From the NCBI GenBank assembly GCA_964562615.1, contig CAZLUD010000002.1, forward strand, positions 153,300 to 217,299: a stretch of 64,000 nucleotides of DNA, written 5' to 3'. This stretch comes from an uncultured Candidatus Saccharibacteria bacterium. GTDB lineage: Bacteria > Patescibacteriota > Minisyncoccia > Phycocordibacterales > UBA12088. Shown piece by piece: positions 1 through 10,500 of the stretch. The translations under genes were made by a program, and so were the position numbers. Each line of letters opens with the position of its first letter. Position 1 is the first letter of the stretch. A model generated the notes under the pieces. It did not search any database and had not been told where the DNA came from. It saw nothing but the letters and a program-made list of their open reading frames with translations.

Positions 1-1
1 A

Positions 2-2656
2 ACCCGCCATGATGAATTTGCTGGGCATGCATCACGCATGAATGAATTACGCGAGCTTGCTAAGCAATGTGCGGTACGGTGTGTTGCCGCACACGATGTC
101 TATTACCTATCGCCAAGCGATAGAAGGGCGCGCGAGGTAATGGTAAAAATCCAAACTGGTGGAATGGTAGAAGAAAATACCGCTAACGATGAAGATGAGG
201 ACTTTTCTTTTATCTCAAAAGAAACTGCGAATGAGTATTTTAGAGATCACCAAGAGGAGCTTGATGCCACTATAGAGATAGCTAATAAATGTACGCTCAC
301 TATCCCGCTTAAAGAGTGGAAATTCCCCCACTTTATTATTGAAAGTGGACGTACTCCAGATGAAGAGTTGAAAGAGCAAGCCTATAGAGGCGCACAGTGG
401 CGAGGATTGTCACTTGATGATGAGGTGATAAAACAACGCCTCGACTATGAGCTTGCCGTTATCAGCATGAAAAAGTACAGCGCGTACTTTCTTGTGGTGG
501 GAGACTTGGTGCGCGAAGCACGAAGCAGAGGCATACTCTCAACTATTAGAGGGTCAGTAGCCGGCTCACTTACGACCTATGTACTTGGTATTACCACGGT
601 AAACCCTCTTGAATTTGAAATTCCCTTTGAGCGCTTTTTAAATCCCGACAGACCAAGCGCCCCTGATATCGACATGGATTTTGCTGATAACAGAAGAGAC
701 GAGATTATCGAGTACGCAAGGAAAAAATACGGCGAAGACAAGGTGGCACAAATTGGTACCTTTGGAACCATGATGGCACGAGCCGCAGTACGTGACGTTG
801 CGCGAGCACTTGGTCACCCGTACGCCCTTGGCGATACTATCGCTAAGCTTATCCCCATGGGTAGCCAAGGCTTTCCTATGACGATAACGCACGCCTTTGA
901 AATTGAACCCGAGCTTGCCAAGCTATACAAAGACAATAGCGCGGCTAAAGAGGTTATTGACCTAGCCAAAAAAATTGAAGGTAAGGTGCGTCACATCTCG
1001 GTACACGCCGCCGGAGTGGTGATATCACCAGAACCACTTACTAACCATGTGCCACTCCAGCGCGACCCCAAGGGAGGTGATAAGCTCATCACACAGTACG
1101 ACATGTACTCGGTAGGAGAAGACGGTATTGGACTTTTAAAATTTGACTTTCTTGGTATTCGCAACTTATCCATACTCTCTGATGCAGTACGCCGAGTTAA
1201 AAAAATTCGTGGTATCGATGTGGATGTAGAGCACATTCCCTCTGATGATAAAAAAACATTTGACATGCTCGCTCGCGGCGAAACACTTGGACTCTTCCAG
1301 CTAAACGGCGCAGGGATGACCAAATTTTTGAAAGACCTCAAACCAACCACCATTCACGATGTAAACGCGATGGTTGCCCTCTATCGCCCGGGGCCGATGC
1401 AGTTTATCCCCCTCTATATTGAGAGAAAGTCTAATCCCCATCTCATTCGATATCCTGATCCTCTCATGGAACCTATCTTGAGAAAGACGTACGGTATTCT
1501 TGTGTACCAAGATGACCTACTACTCCTCGCACACAAGCTTGCAGGCTACACATGGCTTGAGCTTGATAAATTTAGAAAGGCAGTCGGAAAAAAAATACCA
1601 GAAGAGATGGCAGCGCAAAAAGAGCGTTTCGTCACTGGCTGTATGGAAACAAGCGGATGGGACAGAAAAAAGGCAGAGGGAATTTGGCTATGGATAGAGC
1701 CATTTGCTGCGTACGGCTTTAACAAGGCGCACTCGGTAAGTTATGGGCGAGTTGCCTACCAAACCGCCTACATGAAGGCAAATTATCCTGTCGAATACAT
1801 GAGCGCGGTGCTTACCGCAGAAAGCGGTGACGTAGAAGAGGTTGCAGAAATTATTGCCGAGTGTAAACGAATGAACATTCCAGTTTTGCCACCTGATGTT
1901 AATGAATCCTTTGAAGATTTCTCTGTAGTACCTCAATCACAAACTATCCGCTTTGGACTTACCAGTATTAAAAACTTTGGAGAAGGAATAGCACACACCA
2001 TCGTTGAAGAACGTAAAGCACATGGCACCTACGCTTCCTTGGAAGATTTTCTCACTCGCATTCACTCACAAAACTTAAATAAGCGATCTCTTGAATCTCT
2101 TGTTAAAGCTGGCGCGCTTGATTGTTTTGGCGTATCTCGCAACCGTCTCTTAGAAAATATCGAGTTGGTACTTTCCTACAGCAAATTCGCAAGTGAAGAC
2201 ACCGGGCAATCGTCATTATTTAGCTCGATACACACAGGACCAGAGCCACTCGTCCTTCCTGACGCTCCTGAGCTTGATGCCCGCACGCGTCTTGCGTTTG
2301 AAAAAGAGCTCCTTGGTCTTTATGTCTCAGGACACCCTCTCGATAGCCACAAAGAAAAACTCGAGTCGCGCGCTAAACATATTGGACAAATAAAAACAGA
2401 TGCACCAATTGGGATAGAGGTAATCATTACAGGTATTGTAGAAGAAGCGAAGGTGGTCATCACCAAAAAGGGTGACAAAATGGCATTTGTAAGAATCGCT
2501 GACTTTAATGACACAATTGAAGTAGTTGTATTTCCAAGTATATATACAGAATTTCAACAATTCCTCGTACCTGATACCTGCATTGCGATAAAGGGCAAAA
2601 TGTCGGGCAGAAATGGCGAAAAAAGCGTCGTCGCCGATAAGGTAAAGCTGCTCTAG
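2..2656 (+). CDS. dnaE: DNA polymerase III alpha subunit, 5'-truncated by window edge
   Basis: The frame of ORF 38..2656 stays open back to nt 2 (TRHDEFAGHASR precedes the first Met). Pol III alpha core motifs are present: GLLKFDFLGIRNL, ILVYQDDLLLLA, FNKAHSVSYGRVAYQTAYMKANYP. A C-terminal OB-fold-like tail is present and the PHP domain is missing, consistent with truncation. Confidence 0.9.
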   Translation, partial: TRHDEFAGHASRMNELRELAKQCAVRCVAAHDVYYLSPSDRRAREVMVKIQTGGMVEENTANDEDEDFSFISKETANEYFRDHQEELDATIEIANKCTLTIPLKEWKFPHFIIESGRTPDEELKEQAYRGAQWRGLSLDDEVIKQRLDYELAVISMKKYSAYFLVVGDLVREARSRGILSTIRGSVAGSLTTYVLGITTVNPLEFEIPFERFLNPDRPSAPDIDMDFADNRRDEIIEYARKKYGEDKVAQIGTFGTMMARAAVRDVARALGHPYALGDTIAKLIPMGSQGFPMTITHAFEIEPELAKLYKDNSAAKEVIDLAKKIEGKVRHISVHAAGVVISPEPLTNHVPLQRDPKGGDKLITQYDMYSVGEDGIGLLKFDFLGIRNLSILSDAVRRVKKIRGIDVDVEHIPSDDKKTFDMLARGETLGLFQLNGAGMTKFLKDLKPTTIHDVNAMVALYRPGPMQFIPLYIERKSNPHLIRYPDPLMEPILRKTYGILVYQDDLLLLAHKLAGYTWLELDKFRKAVGKKIPEEMAAQKERFVTGCMETSGWDRKKAEGIWLWIEPFAAYGFNKAHSVSYGRVAYQTAYMKANYPVEYMSAVLTAESGDVEEVAEIIAECKRMNIPVLPPDVNESFEDFSVVPQSQTIRFGLTSIKNFGEGIAHTIVEERKAHGTYASLEDFLTRIHSQNLNKRSLESLVKAGALDCFGVSRNRLLENIELVLSYSKFASEDTGQSSLFSSIHTGPEPLVLPDAPELDARTRLAFEKELLGLYVSGHPLDSHKEKLESRAKHIGQIKTDAPIGIEVIITGIVEEAKVVITKKGDKMAFVRIADFNDTIEVVVFPSIYTEFQQFLVPDTCIAIKGKMSGRNGEKSVVADKVKLL

Positions 2657-2701
2657 CACACATCCAATCATTGTTGGTTTCCCTAACGCAAAAACTATGC
2701 G

Positions 2702-2707
2702 TATAAT
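2702..2707 (+). promoter_or_regulatory. -10 box TATAAT 8 nt upstream of the thrS ATG (possible leaderless start)
   Basis: TATAAT at 2702-2707, then ggcggtat, then ATG at 2716. No Shine-Dalgarno and no clear -35. Confidence 0.4.
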
Positions 2708-2715
2708 GGCGGTAT

Positions 2716-4449
2716 ATGGCATCAATTGAACATGTACGACACACTCTTGCCCACCTTTTAGCACAGGCAGTACTAGAGCACTATCCTCACGCAAAGCCAA
2801 CCATTGGCCCAGCCATAGATACAGGCTTTTATTATGATTTTGATTTTGGCACTGACGGCAAGCCCGGAGACACGGAGTTAAAGGCAATCGAAAAAACAAT
2901 GAAGAAACGCCTTAATACGTGGACGGCATTTACCCATGAGGAGGTTACCCCACAAAAGGCAAAGGAGATTTTTAGTGGTAACCCCTACAAGCTCGAACTC
3001 ATTAATGAGCTCGAGGAGAAAGGCGAAACCATCACCCTCTACACCTGCGGAGGCTTTACTGATCTATGCCGTGGTGGACACACTGATGCGCCTAATAAAG
3101 AAATAGACACTGACGCATTTACACTTGAGCGTGTTGCGGGAGCCTACTGGAGAGGCGATGAACGAAACACCATGCTTACCCGCATCTATGGACTTGCCTT
3201 TTCTAACAAGACAGACCTTGATACCTACCTCCGAGATCGTGAAGAAGCAAAAAAGCGTGATCACAGAAAGATAATAAAAGACCAAGACCTTGTTACCTTT
3301 TCTGAATTAGTTGGCGCCGGACTCCCCTTGTGGACACCCAAAGGCACGCTCATTAGGCACCTCCTTGATACATTTGTATGGCGACTACGTGAGGAGCATG
3401 GATACCAGCGTGTCACTATTCCTCACATCACCAAAAAGGACCTCTATGTCACCTCTGGTCACTGGGAAAAATTTGCTGATGAGCTCTTCCGTATTACTAC
3501 TCGTGAGGGTAAAGAATACGCGCTAAAACCAATGAACTGTCCTCACCACACGCAGATATTTGCACGGCATCCTCACTCCTATAAAGACATGCCTCAGCGG
3601 TATGCAGAGACCACCATGGTCTACAGAGACGAGCAATCAGGAGAGCTTGGTGGCCTTACCCGGGTACTTTCTATTACACAAGATGACAGTCATGTATTTT
3701 GCCGTCATTCTCAAGTAAAAGAGGAATTCTTTAGGATATGGGATATTGTGGACAGATTCTATGGGGCATTCGGATTCTCACTAAGAGTACGCCTCTCATT
3801 CCACGACAAAGACCATTTTGAAAAGTACCTAGGTACCAAAGAGATATGGGAAAAGGCAGAAACCGCACTCCGCGAGATTGCTCATGAGAGAAATGCAGAT
3901 TCATTTGAGGCGCCAGGAGAGGCTGCTATGTACGGGCCAAAACTCGATTTCATGGCAAAGGACTCACTAGGCCGAGAACACCAAGTTGCTACCATACAGC
4001 TTGATATGAATCTCCCAGAGAGATTTGACCTATTTTGCATCAATGAACAAAGCGAAAAAGAGCGTATTGTGATGATTCACTGCGCCATCATGGGCTCGAT
4101 TGAGCGATTCTCTGCAGTACTCTTTGAACACACGGGAGGCGCGTTTCCACTATGGCTTTCACCCGAACAACTTCGCATTCTTCCTATTGCAGAAGCACAT
4201 CATGAATATGCAGAGACCGTAAGAAAGACGCTTGCAGCTAAAGGCTTTAGAGTAAAAATACTTCCTGCAACTGATTCACTTGGTAAGCGAATACGTGCAA
4301 GTTCACTTGAGAAAATTCCTTACACCCTAGTGATTGGAGACGCTGAAATGAACAGCGCAAGTGTCACCCTAGAGAGCCGTGACCATGGGAAATTAGGCAC
4401 CAAAACAATTGATGAAATGTTCGAGCTTCTTCAAAAAGAAATGCAGTAG
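2716..4449 (+). CDS. thrS: threonyl-tRNA synthetase (no N-terminal TGS domain)
   Basis: 577 aa. It starts at the editing/SAD region (HVRHTLAHLLAQAV...GPAIDTGFYYDFDF). Class II core is present (MNCPHHTQIF, YRDEQSGELGGLTRV), followed by an anticodon-binding C-terminus. Confidence 0.95.
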   Translation: MASIEHVRHTLAHLLAQAVLEHYPHAKPTIGPAIDTGFYYDFDFGTDGKPGDTELKAIEKTMKKRLNTWTAFTHEEVTPQKAKEIFSGNPYKLELINELEEKGETITLYTCGGFTDLCRGGHTDAPNKEIDTDAFTLERVAGAYWRGDERNTMLTRIYGLAFSNKTDLDTYLRDREEAKKRDHRKIIKDQDLVTFSELVGAGLPLWTPKGTLIRHLLDTFVWRLREEHGYQRVTIPHITKKDLYVTSGHWEKFADELFRITTREGKEYALKPMNCPHHTQIFARHPHSYKDMPQRYAETTMVYRDEQSGELGGLTRVLSITQDDSHVFCRHSQVKEEFFRIWDIVDRFYGAFGFSLRVRLSFHDKDHFEKYLGTKEIWEKAETALREIAHERNADSFEAPGEAAMYGPKLDFMAKDSLGREHQVATIQLDMNLPERFDLFCINEQSEKERIVMIHCAIMGSIERFSAVLFEHTGGAFPLWLSPEQLRILPIAEAHHEYAETVRKTLAAKGFRVKILPATDSLGKRIRASSLEKIPYTLVIGDAEMNSASVTLESRDHGKLGTKTIDEMFELLQKEMQ

Positions 4450-4481
4450 ACTCCCCTCCCTTACCCTTCCATATCTACATA

Positions 4482-4520
4482 AAAACAAACAGAGCGACAT
4501 GTGTCGCTCTGTTTGTTTTA
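4482..4520. terminator. bidirectional rho-independent terminator between convergent thrS and the giant surface protein gene
   Basis: Perfect palindrome aaaacaaacagagcgaca-tg-tgtcgctctgtttgtttt with A/T runs on both sides. Confidence 0.7.
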
Positions 4521-4542
4521 TACGTACTCGTACGTACCGATA

Positions 4543-7500
4543 CTACTCACCTTTTCTGAAGGTGCGTCCCTTTTGCTTTTCAATAAAGTCTACCACTTTC
4601 GCGATAGCAATTTTTGCGCCTGTTTGTGAGTGGCTGTAGGTATAGTCAACACCACCAGAGAGGATTTCAATGATGTGTTCAAGCTCACCATTGCTCCAGA
4701 TAGCCGTTACCTCAAGAAGATCACGATTTGCGCGTCTTCCGCCCTCGATTCTGTTTTTGAATACATCATCAAGCTCGGTAACTACCTGCATAAGGAAGTT
4801 TTGCGCGTCATAGCCTTGGCCTGCAAGCTTTCTCAAGAAGTTGAATGACTTCTCTTCTTTGCCCTCAGCGAGCCATGAGATAAAGGTTGCGATCGCTGAA
4901 ATAGTAGTCAATCCTTCATGTGATGATGAGACCGCTCGCTCGTGTCGTGGCTCGCTGTGCGGCGTGACATGAGCAGAGAATCGTTCACGTGGCATCTGGT
5001 TCTGTGAGGTAGAACGATTGGTACCATGATATCCATCTCTATCTCTAGAATATCGTTCAAGAGAGAATCTATCAGAAGCAACTGCTGATGCCTGTGGCGC
5101 AGCTGGTGCATACTCTTCTACTGCTTTATCAGTAATGGTGTCAGCTGGTGCTTCTACTACTGTTTCTTCTGTAGTAATAGACGCAGGTACATCATGAGCA
5201 ATTTCTGTATCTCGTCGAGTCTCTCTCGTATCTCGCGCACCGTCAATATCTCGTGTTGCAATACGAAGTGCTTGTATGCGCTCACGGTTAAGCGGTATCC
5301 ATCCATCTTCACGTGGATATAGTTTCTTTGCAGCAAGAATCATTTCTTCAAGAAGCATACGTGCCTTTTGCTCATCACTATCAGAGTACGCAACAATCTG
5401 CGCAAGACCTTCAGGAGAAACAAGAACATCTGATTCATACGCGGTCTTCTCAAGCACTCCTTCAAGATATCTATCTGCAATTGCCTCCTTGTGCCACAGA
5501 CGATCAGCTGGAACAGCTGGTGCCTGTGCTTGAGCAGCAAATTGCATAGTGCCTGTTGGAAGATTGTGAGGCGGGTTGTTTGTTCGAGTTACCGGTGCCT
5601 CAGCGCGTGGCGCATGAGTAGGCGCTGGCATGTATCGTGGCTCTTCAGGTGACACATGATGTGAGTGTGCATAGTGATTATGTATCTCTTGTTGAGGCGC
5701 TCGTGGATATTCAGTTGCTGCCTCACGTGGGCTATCTACGTATCGCATTTTTTCTACTTCTCGCTCATCGAGGTATTCTCCCGCTCGTGTAAACGCGACG
5801 CGAATAAATCGGTGGAGATACTGCCTCACGATAAGGTAGTGCGTCATGATACCGGTTACCACAAGTACAGTAAGCCAGAAGAAGAAGGTAAGCAGTGGGC
5901 CAGCTTCAAATCCTGTGTACGGCACTTGAGAAAGGTACACGAAAGCAAGCGGTTGATCAGTTGGAGGCGTAATAGAAGGTGGGGTGGTTGTTGACGCGAT
6001 AGTCACTCTTGGTGGGTTAAGCCCACCGCCGCCTCCACAATTACCGTTAGGACATAGTGGTTGTAGGTCTATTCGTGCCGTACAGGTAGTAGTACCAAAT
6101 TCACCACTAAATACTCCGGTATATAGCTTGCTACTGTTTGCCACAAACTTTGCTGATCCAGACACACTCACATCATTAAGATCAGGCGTGATAGTGGTCT
6201 TGGTTACATTAGTACCACTCCATGAAAGTGTTACTTCAGTATTTTGACCTTCTACAACACGATTAGGTGTAATAGACATCTCACAGACTGGCACCTTGTT
6301 AGGTACAGTCACCGTTGCCTGACAGGTTACCACTGCGCCCGTTGCGCCTGTTGCAGTAAGGGTGTAGGTGGTGGTTTGTGTTGGTGTTACTTGTGTTGAG
6401 TTATTAGCAGTTACTGAACCGATACCCTTATCAATAGATATAGAAGTTGCTCGTAGGGTTGTCCAGGTAAGCGTTGCAGCATCACCGGCTTTTGCAAGTG
6501 TTTGAGGCGATGCGACAAGCGTACAGAATGGTGGGTCAATTGGAGTTTCTACCGTCACTGTTACCTTACAGGTCACGGTCTTTCCCTTTTCACCAGTAAA
6601 GGTACCCGTGTACTCGGTAGTAACCTCAGGTGAGACTACCTTTGAACCATTAAGCGCGATAGCGCCAATACCAGAATCTATACTTGCACCAAAGGTGTTT
6701 TGACTTGTCCACGTTATGGTTGCGCTCTCGCCTTTCTTTATCGTTGATGGTGCTACGCTCATTGCACAGACAGGATCTTGTGGCTCAGGTAGTTTTTCAA
6801 AGGCAGCACACAACGGCACGATATCGTTAGTAGATGATGCGTCTGGGTACGCAGCATGGACAGCGACCGCAGTCTTGGTGTCTTGTGATATAACCAGTTC
6901 GCTATTTACTACTGATACATCGTAATCTTTTGTATCAGCAAGATCAGGTGATGCATTTGTAGAAACAATAGTTGATCCAACCAAGTCACGCAATTTTACA
7001 AACCACTGCTCTTTTGGCTCGGTAACGATGGTTCTGTCAGTGTGATAGTCAAATGACGCAAGCGTTACTTTGTAGGTACCTTTTGCTAGCTCTGCAGGTA
7101 CTGGAGCGGTTTCTGCCGCTGAACCAGACTGATCAGATCGTATCTTACCAGTAGAGAGGTTTACTATCGTTATTCCTTGTGATGGTGAAAGTGGACATAC
7201 CGGCAATGTGTCTTGCTTTACCACAACTGGTGCAGAACACGTGATAGTCTTTCCGTTTTCTCCAACAAAGGTTCCTGTATAGGTAACGTTGGTTGTTGGT
7301 GAAAGATTTTTAGTACCACTTGCTCCTACTGAACCTACGCCATTGTCTATGGTAACTGACGTTACGTTGGTACCATTCCATGTAAGAGTGATGCTTTCAC
7401 CAAGTTTAATAACACTCTTATCTACGCTCATAGCACAGATAGGATCAGGAATTATTCTAAGTTCTCCAAAGTTGTTTCGCTCACTATGATCTCCAGGAGC

Positions 7501-10500
7501 AAGCACGATACTTGAGAACACATCATTTACTGTGTCATTTCCTCCCTTTGTTCCTATTTGATCAAACCAATCTTCATACCCCGCTGGTTGTGACTCAATA
7601 ACGGTATAAGTTCCCTGCTCAAGATTATCAAAGAGATAACATCCATCCGCGCCGGTAGTGGTGGTCTTAGTTACTGCTGAGCCACTTACCGTGGTGCCAG
7701 TAAGAGAGATGGTAGTACCAGGAATTGGTGCATCGTTAGTGTCTTTTACTTTGTTCTTGTTAGCATCAACATATACGCATCCAGATATTTTAGCTGGTGC
7801 AAGGCTCTCTACTCGCTCAAAGAGCGCACAGATTGGAATGATGCTGTTTGGATTGCTGTTTGGATATGCTGCGTGCTTAGCAGTTACCTGTGTGATGGTC
7901 TGGGTAACTTCTAGTCGATCGTTTACCACTTGTGAAAGATAGTTCTGGTCATCAGGAAGATCTCCTATAGTACCGCTCGTACCAAGTGATATAAGTCCAC
8001 CAAATCGAGCAAATGATAGGAACCATTTCTCATCAGGCTGTACTTGTCCTGGCTTTGCTGAGTGTTCATCAAATGAGGCAAGAGTGACTTTGTAGATACC
8101 ACTTGGGATCTCGGTAGTAAATGGACCCTTCTCTGAATTTGCTTTTGTCTGATCTGATCTGATGAGTCCATCACCAAAGTCAATAAGGATTTTATCCGCA
8201 CCGCCAACAAGTGGGCATGTTGGTGTTTGTGGAGGCGGCAAGACAACTATTGGTGCTGAGCAGGTGATTACTTTTCCATTTACTCCAGTTACTGAAGCTG
8301 TGTACGTAGTACTTTGTGATGGTGTCACACTTTGTGATCCATTTACCGCCACGCTACCAACGCCATTATTTATGGTGACGCTAGATGCATTCTCAGTAGT
8401 CCATACCAATGTTGCTACTCCGCCTTGGGTGATTGTGCCTGGGTTAACGGTGAGCGTACACACTGGCTCTGGCTTAGGAGAAACGGTGATTGTAGTACTG
8501 CAAGAAATAGTCTTGCCCTCATTACCTATAAAGGTAGCGGTGTAGGTGGTTGTTTGTGTTGGAGAAACAGCGCTAGAACCATTTACCGCTATAGAGCCTA
8601 CTCCATTATCAATAGAACCACTTGAAGTGTTACTTGAAGTCCATACGAGTGTTGCAGTGCCTCCTGTTTGAATTGAAGATGGGCTTGCAGAAAGCGCACA
8701 TACTGGATTTGGTGTTGGGTTAACCACAATCGTAGTCACACACGTAACACTCTTTCCTGCTTCACCCATAAAGGTTGCCCTATAGGTGGTAGTTTCTGTT
8801 GGCGCTACTGTCTTTGATCCCTGCACCTCTATGCTGCCGATATTGTTATCAAGCGATGCAGAAAGTGCGTGTTGTGATGTCCAGCTAAGAAGTACTTCTC
8901 CACCCTTTGTGATAGTAGTTGGGAAGCCAGTGAGCGTACAAATTGGATCCTTAGGTTCTGGAAGTTTTTCAAATGCTGCACAGATAGGCACGATACTGTT
9001 TGGGTTGCTGTTTGGATATGCTGCATGAGTTACTACTCCAGTTTTTACATCACCGTCTATCTTGAGATTGCTGTTTACCAGCTCCACAAGATAATCTTGC
9101 GTATCAGGAAGGTCTGCAATCGCCGATGTAGTAACTATTGTTGATCCCGTGATAGAGCGAAGCGCAAGTTCCCATGATTCGTTAGGCTGTACTTGTCCAG
9201 GCTTATTGGTGTGATCATCGTACGAAGCAAGGTATACACGGTACGATCCTTGTGGAAGGTTGAGGGCAAATGGCCCTACGGTAGCACTTGCTTGTGATGA
9301 GTTTGCCGTGATGATGTTTGTGGTAATAGGTACCACGGTAAGTCCATCACGTGGTGCAATAGGACACGTTGGCGATGTTGGTGGAGGTGTTACCGTCACC
9401 TTAGCAGAACAGGTAATGGTCTTTCCGTTGGTACCAACAAATGTTCCGATGTAGGTAGTGGTATCACTTGGCGATACTGACTTTGAACCATTTACTGCAA
9501 CTTGTCCTACCCCATCGCTAATTGATGCTGAAGCAACATTTGATGTTGTCCATGACAGTGTCGCAAGACCACCCTTTACTATCGTGCTTGGTGTAATGGT
9601 CATCTGACAAATAGGGTCTGCAAGCGGTACCACCACAATAGTCTGTGAACAGGTAATAACTGAGTTATCTGTACCAACAAATGTACCAGTGTACGTTGTA
9701 GTCTGTGTTGGAGAAACCACCTTGGTGCCAGTCGTAGAAACTGAACCAACACCACCATCTATACTTGCGCTCTTTGTGTTAGTTGAAGACCATGAAAGCG
9801 TAGTAGAACCTCCCACAGAAATAGTGGTAGGGTTTGCCGACATCGTACAGGTAGGTGGCTTTGGAGTATCAGGCAACTTTTTAAAGGCTGCACAGATAGG
9901 GATAATACTGTTAGGTGAAGAGGTATCTGGGTACGCTGCGTGTACCGCCTTTACTGATGAAGCGCTACCTATAGTGAGTGCGGAGTTTACTTTTTGAGTA
10001 AGATAATCTTGTGAATCAGCCAAATCACTTATTGCGTTTGATTGTACTCCGTTGTTTAGCTCAACAAACCAACGTTCGTTAGGTTGCACCTGCCCCACCT
10101 TGTGGGTGTGATCGTCATACGATGCAAGAGTCACGTCGTATTGTCCTGCTGCAAGGTTTACCGCAACTGGTCCCGCAATAGCACTTGATTGGCTAAGGTC
10201 AGAACGTAGTACGGTTGTACCAAAGTTTACAATGGTAGTATCCGCAGATGGAGTGAGCGGACAAGTTGGTCCTGCTACTGGTTTTTTATCAAATGCGACA
10301 CATACAGGCACGACACTATTGTATTTAGTATTCGGCGTTGCGTGGCGCGCGGTTATTTTTGCGATTGGCTCACCAATGAGTGCATTGGTAGCAAAGTTTG
10401 CAGTTACTGATGCTTCTTTTACTCCATCAGCAAGATCTGCGGTTGGTCCATAGGTCGCGATGGTGTTTCCTACTCCATTATATATATCTAGGTACCACTG

